Below are positions 12,468 through 25,500 of a stretch of DNA of 64,000 bases, piece by piece; the stretch's first letter is position 1, and each line of letters opens with the position of its first letter. Below the pieces are notes generated by a model. It ran no database searches and had not been told where the DNA came from. It worked only from the letters and a program-made list of their open reading frames with translations. The translations under genes and the position numbers were made by a program. Source of the stretch: Azolla caroliniana (taxonomy: Eukaryota; Plantae; Polypodiophyta); assembly GCA_043228905.1 (NCBI GenBank), contig JBHGNT010000002.1, forward strand, positions 7,874,001 to 7,938,000. Direction: 5' to 3'.

Positions 12468-13657
12468 TGTTGCGAAAATACGACGAGGATATGTGAACGT
12501 TGAGGCAAGACCCCGGGGCCTTTGACTACAGGATATCAAATTCGTGTATTTATGTACTAAGAATTAACCGAAATGAGAAGGATTAACCAATTTCATTAAC
12601 AAGTAGAAAGAAAGATTACAATTAATCCCGAGATTGGGATTACAAAAAGTTTGCTAGTGGAGATTATGGTTTTATGAGTTGAATAGCTTCCGTATGGAAA
12701 TTTAGAGTTATGAGTAAGATATGGCTTCTGTAAGGAAATTCGGGTTTTACTTGAGAGATATGGCTTCGATAAGATAGGGGAGCTCAAAGAAAAGAAAAAA
12801 ATTAAGATAATATGGAGTGTATGAGTGTAAGAAGAAAAATGGAATATATATAGAGTTCTCCCTTGATCATAGCCTTTCCACTTTTTGTTGCATGGCCACT
12901 ACTTTTAGTTGCCTAGCTTTTTCTTTTAGTTGCATGACTTTTTCTTTTAGTTGCATGTGACCGTCCACATGACCTTTACTTTTTGCATGCACTCCAACTT
13001 TAGTTGCTTGCGTCCACATGGCCTTTACTTTAGTTCTCTTCACTTTACTTTAGTTTGTTGCATGATCCAATCTTTCGTCCGTTCGCGTCCAACCTCGTCC
13101 GGTAGCCAGTTCCATTTTGCTTGCCGGCCGGTTCCGGTTCCGGTTTTGCTTACCGCCCGGTTTCCGGTTTGCATACCAGCCGGTTTCCGGTGCTGGTTTG
13201 CTTGCCGGTTCCGGTTCCAGTTTTGCTTACCGGCCGGTTTCCGGTTTGCATACCGACCGGTTTCCAGATTTGCTTACTAGACCGGTTTCCGGATTTGCTT
13301 AGCGGCCGGTTTCCGTATTTGTTTACCGGCCGGTTTCCGGTTTTAGGGAATTAGGCCACCATCATCCATTAAGACAAAGTGGCCAAAGTGCTCTTAGCAC
13401 AAAATGAAAAATTAGGGACCTTAAGGTGATTATATAGCTAGGGCCTTAACTTTCCTATCTATGCGGGATAGTTCTAATTTCCCTATCTTCTCAAACTTTA
13501 TTTTCACATAACTTGATATGTATTTCTCCATTTTGTATACAGTAAAATACATTTTGAAGCTCTTGAGTATATCCATCTTTCTATAATAAGCTACTAATCT
13601 AATCTATAATAATTATTTCATTATTTTTTTACATAGTGTGTGAAAATTCACACGACA
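12468..13657 (-). repeat. A1 5' LTR (1190 bp) with TATA at ~13431-13438 and CCGGTT-rich tandem tract ~13115-13345
   Basis: TG...CA termini, adjacent to the PBS, homologous to 6122-6749 and 46529-48404. Confidence 0.9.
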
Positions 13658-15095
13658 GCGGTCCTCCCGGTCCTTCTGTTAACGGAGTTCTTCCTTTAGC
13701 CTCTCGATTTCCATCTTCGCCATCCGTCGTAGCTTGTCTTTTTCCTGCAACAATTTCTCTTTTTCCTCCTTTAGCCGGTCATACGCATGATGTTCTTTAC
13801 GCAGGTTTTCCTCTACCCGGCGGAGGTTCTCAGCAGTCTTTTTTAATTCTTCTTCGGCCGCCTTCTTCAAGTCGCGTTCGCGGCTCCGTAATGCTTCTTG
13901 TGCGGTAAGTTCATCTCGTAATTCCGCAGGCTCTTGGGCTTGCGCCACATCTTTCTCCGGGACAGTTTGTGTCTCTGGGGTCTTATTCCTCTGTACATCA
14001 ACCGGAGTCACCGGTGCTTGCATCTGCGTTGTGGTTAAGGCCATTTTAGCCATGTCTCCTGTGATTCGATCCAAGTCTTGTTCGAGGCACCGGATCCTTG
14101 ACCGGGCCGTCTCCAGTTCATCGGTTGTGACGAGCAACCGTTTCGTTTGCGCTCTTTCCTCCGCCTCTATACATCCGACTACTCCGACAATTTGTTCTCC
14201 TATCCACTGGAGCCATTGGCTGCCGGTGCACTGTTGTTGCGTCTGGACGGAGGGTTGGCTGATGGGTTTACTCGCCAGTGGCTGGTCCCGCCTTACTGCG
14301 TCGAGCTGCACTTCTTGTTCTGCCAGCTAACCACTTTGCCGTTCCGGCTCTGAGTGTGTTTCAGCTAGCCGCCCCTTGTCTGCTTGTTCTTGGCCGGATG
14401 AGGAGGTTGGCCTTTGTATAACCGGCTCTTGAGTTACGGGGCTTGCCGGTGCTGCCTGTTCAGTAGGGACTTCTGTGACCGGTTCCATCCGAACCGGTTC
14501 CGGTGCCTCCCTTGGTGTGGGATGCTCAGTGTGAGTTGCGGGCGTTCCCTCCTTCTGTGGGTCTGAACGTTTCCCGACTGATTTAGCGGTGCTCTTCACC
14601 GACCGCCGCTGGAGGTGCTCCGTGGGTTCTTCCTCCATTTCCTCCGCTTGAGTCCCGACATTCATTCTTGCCGCCAGGGTGTCCGTTTCTTGCTGCACCG
14701 ATCGGTAGAGTGGGCTCCTTAGGGTCCGTGCCGGTGTCTCCTCGTGTGTGTCCGTCGGCCACTTCCGGCTTACGCGCTCCTTTGCCGCCTTCTCTGCGTC
14801 GGCCGTCTTCCCCTAATTGGCCTTGGAGGCCAACAATTGTTGCCGTTTCGAAGCAGGTTTCAGGGTGCCGTCCGTTGCTCTTCCCCGCTTCATGGTTGCG
14901 CCAACAAGGTGAGCCATTGTGTCACCGCATGCCATATTTTCCGGTCTTCCTTGCCGTCCTTTCCTTTTACTATATCAATGGCCGTACACAGCCCGTAGGC
15001 GATCAGCACCGGCCAATCTACCTTGACCCCTTCGTACCTTGCGATGATCAAGCCTGCTCGGTTCTGAGGCATGACGGGGGGTCGAGGGTACACGT

Positions 15096-15719
15096 TGTCG
15101 AGGTATTCCTCGCGGATGCGTGGAATGAGGCGGGACCTCGGGGGTCTTGTACCGAACAGCAAGAGAGAAAGGAGAAGGGAAGAGACCCACTAGGTGCGAG
15201 CGTAGATCCACAGGGACACGGCCCTTCGACACGAAGACGCGAGCGGGAAACCAACACAGAGAGACATGAAGGTATGTATGTATATATTAACAGATACAAA
15301 CAACAAGAAGCGCGAAGTCGGTTACAACCGAACAGGCCGACGAACAGATGCTGATGCCTGTTCGCAAATGCTCAGAAAGAAAGGAGTAGGTTGGAGGTGC
15401 TGCCGGAAGCACTCGGGCATTCCTCAGAGCAACGCGAGCCTCACGAAACCTGCATAGAAAGAGGCTACGGAGTATGGAAGAGAGAGAAGCCTTCGACCGA
15501 CAACCCGACAACACTTCGTCCTCTCTGATCGCGATCCGTTTCCTCTTCCCTGTCTCCCTCCTTTTATAGGCAAGAAAGGAGCCGTTGCCATTAACTTCCT
15601 ACATACCGAATCTACCTACCTAGGATCTTCTATGTACAACATAAGGCGTGCGTGCAAGAAGAGCTGGTTCCTACGCTCCGGCGCACCGATTCCGCTTGTG
15701 GATGGTTTTCTTCACGACA
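15096..15719 (-). repeat. B 3' LTR (624 bp)
   Basis: Near-identical to 21418-22039; TATA (plus ttttata) at ~15562-15568. Confidence 0.95.
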
Positions 15720-15792
15720 TCCGCCCCCACCTAACCGCGCATCCACCGGCATGCGCCAAATTGAGTTGGGACGGAGAAAACCCGTCCAGCCT

Positions 15793-18700
15793 TCATTCCC
15801 CGCCCGTCGGTTCTTCCTCGGTTTCGGATCGTTCGTCGTCGTGGTCCAGGTTAACCGGATCCGGCTCGTCGTCGTGACGCTTCTTGAACGCTTTGATCCG
15901 CTTCCCAGCTACCGGTATCGCCATTCTCGTGTCGTCGAGTTTCGCCAGATGGTACGTCCCGTTGTCGTTGGCGCTCTGGACCACGTAAGGCCCGAACCAC
16001 CTTCTTGCGAACTTCCGTGTCGCTCGGTGCTGGTTGTCGAGGCTGCTGTCGTAGACTAGCACCCAGTCGCCTTCCTCGATCTTCTTCGGTCGGAGCCGGT
16101 GTGTCCGGTCGAACCGGGCTTTGTTCCTCCTCCTTGCCACCCGAAGCTTTCCCGCAGCCTGCTCCACGTCCTCCGGTCTTCGCTCGAGCTGTCGTATACA
16201 CGCCGCCAACAGTTCCTCCTGGCTCATCTCGTCTCTCCCGTCCACGGTTGCCCACGAGGATATCGTACGTTCCATCGGCATGATCGGCTTCTGCCCAAAC
16301 ATGAGCTCTACCGGCATGAATCCGGTTACCGAACTGTGCGTAGTTCGGTCAGTCCACAACGCGTAAGGCAGCAGCCGCGGCTAGTTCCCGACTTGCCCTC
16401 CACATGCCCGAACTAACGCCTTGACGATCGGTCCGTGTCCGCGCTCCACCTTCCCATTCGCCTCCGGATTGTACGCAGTGGTAAGCGAGAGCTTGACTCC
16501 TAGCCGTTCGGACAGCTCCTCGGTCTCTTCGGCGTCCAACTCCCCGCGATCAGCCACGATCTTCTCGACGCACCCGTACCGGCATATCACGTCCTCAATC
16601 AGGAACCGACATACGGCCGCGATCGTTTTGTTCTGAAGGGCTCGGCCTTCTACCTGGTTCGTCAGATCTTCCCGAGCCAGGACCAGATACCGCATCTGTC
16701 CTACTCCCATCGGCATCGTCACCAGGTCTACCATCCATTTGAAGTGGATGGTCGGAGGTTACGTAGGGTGAAGCTCGTCCGGATGTCGGACTACGGAGTG
16801 CATCTGACAGCTCTCGCAAGTTGTCACGAACTGATGCACGTCCCGGTACAGTCCCGGCCACCAGTACTTCCCCTTTATCTTCTCGAACATGGCCCACGTT
16901 CCACGGTGTCCAGCCCAAGGGCTGTCGTGGTAGGCCGTCAGCAGCTCCTCCTGTTCTTCCTTCATTGCCACCACCCGGAGCGGGACGCCGTTCCTCTTCT
17001 TCGGGTGCTTCCATAAGTATCCGTCCCGGAGAAAGAATCGGTATGCTTTCTTCCGGATCCGGTTGGTCTCGTCCCTTGTCCATGATGCATCCGGCGTCAT
17101 GGTCCTTAAGAAACCACCGATCTGTAGCCACTCGCCGTCATACTTGCTCTCGTCGAAGCTGCTAAGTGCCGGAGTGCTTGTCCCATCGATCGTCACGTAC
17201 GTTGCCTCGACGAAGTCCACGCCGACTTCTTCGTCCTCCAAAACCATGCCGCCCTCGTCATCAAACCTCACCCTCGAAAGCATATCGGCCATGGCGTTGT
17301 CCTTTCCAGAAATGTGTCGTATTTCCGGGTCCAGGGACTTGATGTACGCTATCCACCTGAGCATCGCCAGGTCCGGTGTCGCGCATCCGGAAACCATGCC
17401 GAGAATTGGCAGGCAATCTGTCTCGATAATCACTTCTGTCCCGATCAGGTAGTCTTTTTCGGCCTTTACTGCCGAAACGATACCCCAGAGTTCGTGTTTA
17501 ACCTGGGCGTACCCTCGTTGTCGCTCACTGAGGACCTTCGCGCCGAATCGGATCGGGAACCGAATGCCGTCCTCGTTTTCTAGGTTGACGACCCATCCGA
17601 TCCCGGTCGGACTCGTATCCACTGTTATGTATACCGGGGTACCCTTCTCGTAGATAGCCTTCCGGAGCGCCAGTGCTGCCGCAAGAGTTTCCTTTAGCTT
17701 CCGGACCGACTCCGTGTGCTTGTCTCGCCACTCGAATTTTCACCCCTTCTTCAGCAACCCGTATAGCGGTTCCGCAACGTGGGCGTAATGCGGGATCCAT
17801 ATGTGGTAGAATGTGCATGCCCCCAGGAACCTCCGAACCTCCGTAACCGAGCTACAGTCGGTCTTCATCGTGGAGATGGCTTCTACCTTTGCCGGAGACG
17901 GCTTCCGGCCATATGGTCCACATAGGTGTCCGACCACCAGGATTTCTGATTGCCCGAAGGCCGATTTCTCCCCGGAGAAGGTGAGCCTCGCATCCTCTAG
18001 CCTTTGTAGCACCTTCTCGCAGTCGTCGATGTGTGTTGCCACGAATCGCCGGCATCCGTCCGGTCCGAGTGTTGCGTCCTTCTCTTTCACCGGGCACCCC
18101 TTGATTGGGATGTCGTCTAGAAATGGCACGGTGATGTTCGGGATGCAATCCCTCAGTACCTTGTTCATTGCATTCACCATGTGGGCCACCGAGTTGGTCC
18201 CTCCTTGTGGCAGGGTACACATTCGCACTAGGCCAAGGGGAGTTCACATCGTCGTAATGTCTCTGCTCTCCACGGCTAACTGGAATTGGTCGTACCCCGA
18301 GTACAGATCACCAACCGAATAAATCGACCTTCCGGCGAAGGCCTCCGCGAACTCGTCTATGGTCGGTTCAATTCCTGCGTTCCGAATAGTCACTCTGTTG
18401 ACCGACTGCAGGTCTTGAATGAAGCGCAATGTTCCGTTTTTCTTTGGTACGGTAAACCATCGATTCGAGTATGGGGCACTTGATGGTTCGAGAATGCCCA
18501 TATCGACTTTCTGCCTCAATAGCTCCATCAACTTCGGGATGTGAGCTCTCGGTACTGGAATCGGCTTGAGATTCCACGGCACATGCGGTACCATGAATAT
18601 CACCATCGGCTCCACGATTGTCGGGTCTACGCACCCGATCTCTCCCGGTGAGAATGCGAAGGCTTTCCCGTGCCTTCCGAGCATTCTCCGAAACCGGTCT

Positions 18701-21401
18701 TCTTCCGCCGGCAGTAGGAACCCGCCCCCACCGATTTTGAGCTCCCGGAGCGTCCCATCGGTGAAGGTGTGTCCTATGCAGACCGGATCTCATAAACTGG
18801 GGTCCGACGCAACCCCTCTAATTCGGGATTCGCTGCCCTCCGGTAAGGGTGGCGCGACTGGCCTTACCTTCCGGTCCACAGTCTTGTACTTCGTGCCAAC
18901 TCGGGCCGTCCGATCCGACCGGAGCCCCCGACTGAAGTTCGCGATGACTTCGTACATCTCTTCGGAACATACCGGTATCGTTCGGTCTTCGTTAAGGTCT
19001 TCTCCGGCTACCTTCCTCACCTTCTCCGGCTACCTTCCTCCACGGCCCCGCTGATTTCCTCGTCCGGGCCGAGAACTCCGCACGCTCGAAGTCTCTCCTC
19101 CGCCCTTGCCCTTTCTCGGCCAACGATGCCGACTATCATACACCCTCCGTTGTTGGAGAGGCAGAATTTTCTACCTATCGTACAAGGTTTCTTCAGTTTC
19201 GGTTCTATCGTACAACTGTGGGGTCTTTCCCGAGTGTCCGGACTGTCTCGGCCCCATGCCTTGGTAGCCCTCTCTAAAAATCCTCTCGGTTCTCGCCACC
19301 GAGGGATTCGCGGTTTCGCTCGTGGTTCGGCCGCACTGTCAGAAATTGGACCGAATGGCGCCCGTCCTGGCTTTTGACCCTCGCGTAGGCCGAACCGTTG
19401 TCCAACACCTTGGTCTCCATTCGCGCCGCCGTGATGTACGGTTCCCCTAATATGACCGGGTGCGAGGACGTCTCCTGTACGAAGAAGTGCTGGTCAATCT
19501 CGACGTCGCCGATCTTGACCCGCACATTCGGGCAGGCCCTGTGCAGTTCCTCGGTGGCGCGCGTCGCCGCCCGTATCTTCCAACCGTGCTTGGTGTTGAT
19601 CGACCACTTTCCCTTCTTATAGAAGTCCATGGACATCAGGTTTATTTCCGAACCGTGGTCCACCAATGCCACCACCGGTTCCTGAACATCTCCGATCTTT
19701 ACCGGGATCTCCGTGGTCGCTCGGGCCCAGTGTGGCCTCGAATAGTGGCTCTCCGCCCACTCATCTTCCAACGCCAAGTCGTCGATGTGCGTCGTCCGCA
19801 CCTCCACCGGACTCTCCGGTTCCGTCTTCGTCGACAACCTCTTCCGCTTCACCAAGTCCACAATGGAGTCGTGGAACTCCTTCTTAGCGATCCCTAGCAC
19901 CTCCCGCAATGACAGCTCCACTTTGCTGTCGAGAATCCGCTCTTCTAGGACCTTTCGTAGGTCCGTGGTCCTTTCTATTTCCGTCCCCAATCGGTATCCG
20001 CCCTTCCTGGGGTTATCTTGCGCGCTGGACCCACCGACATCATTCCGTCGTTGCCCGAATCGGGTCTCGTATCGTTGTGAGGACCCGGCCGCTCCGGCTT
20101 TCCCCACTCGTTTGTCTTCCACCAGAGCCTCGTAGTTTCGGCAAGCGGCTTCTACGAAGCCCGTCTTCTCCTCGATCGGGTCGCTCCACCCGGTTATTTC
20201 CCGGACCCGTCCCTCAGCCGTGCACCGGCGAGGCCTTCCAGCATTGCCGACCAGAATCCGTCTTTGCTCTCCTTTCGGGCCTCGCTGCCCCCGACCCGAA
20301 TACCGGCCGACGCCGAGTAGTGGATGGCCTCCACGTGTCGGGCCGCTACCTCCTCCATCAGTCTCTTCATACCTCCTCGCCCGTCGTTTCAGTTTAGGGC
20401 CCTTCTGGTATCGCCAGCATGTACCCGGCCTTCCCACAGGTACACCACCCGGTTCCTCAACGCCTCTGCGAAATCGTCGCAGTCCTTCCGAATGTGGCCG
20501 ACCTCATCGCACCACATGCACCTGTTCCCTGCTGCCGGTCGTCGGTCACGAGCCGGTTCGCCGCCTTCCCTTCGAGTCTGGGCGATCTGGAGATCCTTTA
20601 TCGCCCGCGTCAACTCCTCCAGCGCTGCTCCTCCGGATGAGCCATTGACCATGCCGGTCGAAGCCGAACCGGGTTCGAGCCGCTCCCGGGTCTCTTCCCT
20701 TCGCCCTTGCGGTGCCAGTTCAAGCCTCCTTGCTGTGACCGAGCCCACACCGGCCGCCCCGTTATCAGCCCATTCTCGCCGTTTGTCAAAACGGCCACAG
20801 ACTCTCTTAACCGCAGCCCAGTCGGTCGTCAGCCCATCTTCGGTTTCCAGCAAGGAGCCGACTTGATCCCAGTCCACTCGTCCACCGACTTGACGAACAG
20901 TAGGACCCGGCTCGTATCCAGAACGGTTCGGTCAAGCACCGAAAGGCGCGCAAAGCGTTCCTCAAACTCCCGGAGGAGTGCCGACGCGTTTCTTCCCTTG
21001 CCGGGGGACTCCACCCATTCCATGAAGTCCCGTTTCGAAAGCCGGAGCGCGTCGTCCAGTCCGTATTTTTCTAGGAGTCGGCCTTCGAACTCCTCCCAGG
21101 TACGGCTCTCCGCCCGTACCTCGACCACCTCCGCATGGATGCTCGGCATCGCCACTCGAGGGAACCCGGCAAGACGCCTCTCTTCCGGAATGTCCCGCAT
21201 CAGCATTTCTGCCCCGTAGGACGCCAAATACTTCGTAGCATCCTTTCCGCTGAACCGGCCGATCGTACTGACGACCACCTCAATGGCTCTGTCGAGGGCG
21301 CCGGTGCCCTCGCGTGCGCTCAATATCCGATCCACGGCCGACGCCATGGCCTCCGCAACATCCGACCCCTTCATCTTCTGCTCTTCTGCCGCCTCCTTCA
21401 T
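15793..21401 (-). pseudogene. B gag-pol, frameshifted
   Basis: gag with CMWCDEVGHIRKDC knuckle, PR ALVDHGSEINL, RT FLDDI, RH DTSPTGIG, H2C2 zinc finger and INT with WFGPY in successive broken ORFs. Confidence 0.9.
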
Positions 21402-21414
21402 GTCGAGTTCACCA
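21397..21414 (-). other. PBS, tRNA-Trp type (B)
   Basis: Plus strand ttcatgtcgagttcacca, 2 transitions from the tRNA-Trp 3' end. Confidence 0.8.
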
Positions 21415-21417
21415 AGA

Positions 21418-22039
21418 TGTCGAGGTATTCCTCGCGGATGCGTGGAATGAGGCGGGACCTCGGGGGTCTTGTACCGAACAGCAAGAGAGAAAGGAGAAGG
21501 GAAGAGACCCACTAGGTGCGAGGGTAGATCCACAGGGACACGGCCCTTCGACATGAAGACGCGAGCAGGAAACCAACACAGAGAGACACAAAGGTATGTA
21601 TGTATATATTAACAGAGACAAACAACAAGAAGCGAAGTCGGTTACAACCGAACAGGCCGGCGAACAGATGTCGATGCCTGTTCGCAAACGCTCAGAAAGA
21701 AAGGAGTAGGTTGGAGGTGCTGCCGGAAGCACTCAAGCATTCCTCAGAGCAGCGCGAGCCTCACGAAACCTGCACAGAAAGAGGCTACGGAGTATGGAAG
21801 AGAGAGAAGCCTTAGACCGACAACCCGACAGCACTTCGTCCTCTCTGATCGCGATCCGTTTCCTCTTCCCTGTGTCCCTCCTTTTATAGGCAAGAAAGGA
21901 GCCGTTGCCATTAACTTCCTACGTACTGAATCTACCTACCTAGGATCTTCTATGGACAACATAAGGCGTACGTGCAAGAAGAGCCGGTTCCTACGCTCCG
22001 GCGCACCGATTCCGCTTGTGGACGGTTTTCTTCACGACA
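21418..22039 (-). repeat. B 5' LTR (622 bp)
   Basis: Adjacent to the PBS; matches 15096-15719. Confidence 0.95.
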
Positions 22040-24807
22040 ACGTGGTCGAACTCATGGAGCACACGGGCAATTTCGCGGAATAGCATATCTTCGCTGCCCT
22101 GTGTCCTGTAGCCCTTGCTGGCTAAAGAGTACTCACGAAAATATTTGATGAGTTGCTCGGAGGTAGGATTGTCGATCGTGTAGATGCCTCCCTCCGGAAG
22201 GCCTGTTAACGCATGGATCGCCTCCTCTGTGCAGGTCGTGTACTATAATAGTATTACGTGCCATGTGGCGGTGGTTTAATGTCCTATTCATAGCCTTGTC
22301 GTACCTTTTCCACGTGCCTCTTTACTCCTCGTTTGCATGGCTGTTTTCACCACTCCTTTCCATGATTTCTTTGATTCGCTATTTCTTTTTTTTGTAAAAA
22401 TTAACTCTGTGGTTAATTTTTCTCCGGTCCTAACGGACCCTTACCCGAAACGCGCACCTTGCCGGCCCCTTGGCGGTTTGCCATCGTTAGGCTTTCCCCG
22501 GTTGTCGGCTCGTGCTCCCCCTTACCGGCTTGGTGGTAGCCGTTTTCCTCACGGGTTGTCGTCGTGGTTGGCCTACTGGCGTCTGATTCGGTGGCGACCC
22601 TTCGTTCAAATGGGTTCTTAGGCATAGGTCCTTTGTATGGCTTTAGTCTAAATCCATTGACCCATTTACCCTGCACTTCGCCAGCAAGTGTCCCTAACTG
22701 GTAGGATCCATTGAACTCGTGTGTGATCCAGTACGGTCCGGTCCATCTAAACCGTAGTTTGCCTGGCATTTTACCCATCCGGGTCTGGAACACTAGTATC
22801 GGCTTGCCGATTTCGAACATTTTCTCGTTTCCCTTCCGGTGCCGATCTACAAACGCCTTCTGTCGCCGTTGTTCCAATTCTAGGTGCATGATGCTCACCA
22901 GTCGGTGTTCTTCTAGTTCACACAGAGCCTTTAACCAAATTGCCTCCGATTCCTTTTCATTAAGTCGTTCCCTAATCTGGATCCGTAAGCTCGGTACCTG
23001 GAACTCAACTGGCATGACTGCCTCTAATCCGAATGCTAACCGGAACGACGTTGTTCGGATGCTTGTTCTGTACGTTGTCTGGTAAGTCCAGAGCGCACTG
23101 TGCAGCTTTGTGTCCCAATCTGTCCAATTTTCATTGACGATCTTGCGCAAGATATTCTGTAGCATTTTATTTGTTGACTCAGCTAATCCGTTGGCTTGTG
23201 GGTAGTACGGGGTGCTCCGTTTATGTACTACCGCATAGAATGACGTCAAGCTCTCCACTACTTGTCCAAGAAAGTGCCCTCCTTGGTCGCTTATCAGCTC
23301 TATGGGGCATCCGTACCACCTTTGTGCCGCCAGGCGTTTCCTCTCGTCCCGGTTCATCTCCTCCAGAGGCAATCCGGTGCTCAGAAATTGGTGCATATTT
23401 GTTAGCCACTTATCTTCTGGTGCCACCGTTTCATTTGTTGCCGTTTCTGCGGTGACTCGAAATAGCTCCGCATCCAGAAACTCGTCCGATACTACGTCAC
23501 TGGTTTCGCCGGAATCTAACCGGCTTAAATAATCTGCTACCGCATGCTATATGTTGGATCTGTGGAATATCTCGAATTCGAATTCCTGTAATAGCAAAGT
23601 CCACCGGGCCAACTTACCGGTAAGTGACGCTTTGGACACTAGGTAGAGGAGTGCCGAGTGATCTACATGGAAGGAAAACTTTCTTCCCAATAAATAGTGC
23701 CTGAATTTTGTTACGTTGTAGATCATGCCTAAAGCTTCCCTTTCCGTGGTGGAGTAATTTTGTTCGGCTTGGGATAACTTCCGGCTTGCTTAATATACGG
23801 ACCGATACCATCTTGGCTCCGTAAGTTGCATCAACGCACTCCCGATTGCAATGTCGGACGCATCCACGAACACATGAAATTCCTTCGCCCAATCCGAGGG
23901 TTGCACTACCAGCGCTTGCAACAATAGAACTTTGAGTGCCTGGTACGCCTTGTTTTCGGTGTTGGTCCACTGGAACGGTGTTCGGTGTACCACAACATGC
24001 AATGGTGTAGCTAGGTACGCCAAATACCAGAGCATTCGGCTATGCCAACGGATTTGGCCTAAGAAACGGCTCAATGCCTTTGCCGTTTTTGGTGCCGGTG
24101 CCCCCAGGATTGCTTTTACTTTGTCCGGATCCACAACAATGCCCTCCTTGCTCACAATGTGCCCCAGTAGCGTTCCGTTGGACATGCCGAATACACACTT
24201 CGCCGGATTCAAGTTTAGCTGGTAAGCCCTACACTTTTCTAGACACAGTCGGAGGTGCTAAAGGTGGTCTTCTTCCCGGTTGTAAACGGCAAAGTCGTCG
24301 AGGAACACCTGCATGAACGCCGGTATGAATTCTCCGAATATTTCCATGATGATCCTCTGGAACGTTGCCGGCGCTGTTTTGAGTCCGAACATCATCACCA
24401 CGGCAACAAACACTCCCCATTCAATGACGAAAGCAGTTTTCTCTTGGTCATTGGGGTGCATCCGGATCTGGTTGTATCCGCTGAATCCGTCTAAAAAACT
24501 CTATACCTCATGGCCAACGACTGCGTCCAAAACTCCATCCGTAAATGGAAGTGGAAATGCATCAATTATCGTCGCCGCATTCAGCTTCCAGTAGTCGACA
24601 CATACTCTAATTTTGCCATTTTTCTTCGGTACGACTACTATCGGGCTCAGCCATGTCGATTTCTTTACGGTGTCGGGGTAGTTGTGGTTCGTGCGGCGAA
24701 GTCGCGGGGACTAAGGTTAAGGGGAGTTGAAGGAACTTAAATTTTAATAAGGCTTGCATGGTGACGATAAAATGATTAAGGATAGTAAGAAGAAGAGTTA
24801 CGAGTAA

Positions 24808-24845
<38 letters not shown>

Positions 24846-24994
24846 GAGCATAGATAAAAGATAGAGACAATGTATGATTCAAGAAAGAAGATTGAGACAA
24901 AGTATGATTCAAATGATGTATATTAAAAAGACAACATCACATTTTACCAACTTTATAATCCTTGATCGCAAACTGAACACATTCTCTATCGACC

Positions 24995-25058
24995 CTTGAT
25001 TTGAACCCACAACCGCAACTTCGAAACGAGAGGTTCTCCACCCAATGAGCTAGTCATC
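24995..25058 (-). other. tRNA-derived Pol III A/B-box cassette 1 inside the solo LTR
   Basis: Minus strand A box TAGCTCATTGG (25052-25042) and B box GGTTCAAATC (25007-24998), 45 nt apart as in tRNA genes. Confidence 0.55.
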
Positions 25059-25299
25059 TTTACTTAATTGTATTATTTTCTCACTTTCTCTTGATTGATT
25101 CCCTTTTGTTTTCCTATCCCCTCTTTTCATAAGTATTTCCATGCATATGGTAATGGCATGCATGTAATGCATGAGTTACATCTGATGCATGATCGCCATT
25201 TGGCGCACATGCATTGCATGTGATGCATGATAGCCATCATGCTCATTTGAGCTCCCATGTATTGGGATAAGTATAATGATGGATATAACCCTAAAACAA

Positions 25300-25365
25300 A
25301 TAACCTAGCTTAGTGGTGTATGCTTTGTGCTTGATATACAAGGTTGAGGGTTCAAGTCCCTCAAT
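25300..25365 (+). other. tRNA-like cassette 2 inside the solo LTR
   Basis: A box TAGCTTAGTGG 25306-25316; anticodon-arm-like ttgtg-cttgata-tacaa; perfect T-arm gaggg-TTCAAGT-ccctc with B box at 25349-25359. No acceptor stem seen. Confidence 0.65.
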
Positions 25366-25437
25366 TTTACTTAATACAATATTTAAGTTTATTCTTATAT
25401 AGTGAAGCACATTCTTGACAACATTTCTAAAAACAAA

Positions 25438-25500
25438 TAGCCTACCCTAGTGGTATATACATTGTGCTTGGCTTATAATGTTGTAGGTTCAAGTGTTTGA
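25438..25500 (+). other. tRNA-like cassette 3 (degenerate duplicate of cassette 2)
   Basis: TACCCTAGTGG 25443-25453 and GGTTCAAGTG 25486-25495; part of a ~137-bp tandem duplication 25291-25561. Confidence 0.5.

Larger units (their letters stand above)
6122..13657 (-). mobile_element. Ty3/gypsy LTR retrotransposon A1 (tRNA-Trp PBS, non-chromovirus), degenerate, 3' LTR truncated
   Basis: 5' LTR 12468-13657 (tgttgcg...cacgaca), PBS 12446-12463, gag-PR(ALIDHGSEINL)-RT(FLDDI)-RH-INT order, and partial 3' LTR 6122-6749 homologous to the 5' LTR. Confidence 0.92.
15096..22039 (-). mobile_element. Full-length Ty3/gypsy element B (same lineage as A1, different LTR), 4-bp TSD ACGT
   Basis: LTRs 15096-15719 and 21418-22039 (tgtcg...cgaca), TSD acgt at 15092-15095 and 22040-22043, Trp-type PBS 21397-21414, PPT-like GGTGGGGGCGG at ~15721-15732; proteins clearly homologous to A1. 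Confidence 0.95.
13679..22338 (-). pseudogene. Extra 3' ORF of element D (sense orientation), split by element B; globular N-terminal part plus disordered and coiled-coil C-terminal part
   Basis: Reconstructed ...TEEAIHALTGLPEGG...REIARVLHEFDHV|YPRPPVMPQNRAGLIIARYEGVKVDWPVLI..., then ORFs 14327-14698 and 13679-14311 (E/K/R heptad-rich); located downstream of INT. Confidence 0.65.

Noticed and set aside
14668-21815. Many overlapping plus-strand ORFs in elements D and B
   Set aside because: Antisense or alternative frames of GC-rich retroelement sequence with no independent motifs.
25300-25365. Functional tRNA-Ser(TGA) gene
   Set aside because: No acceptor stem, a weak D-arm and no long variable arm; reported only as tRNA-like.
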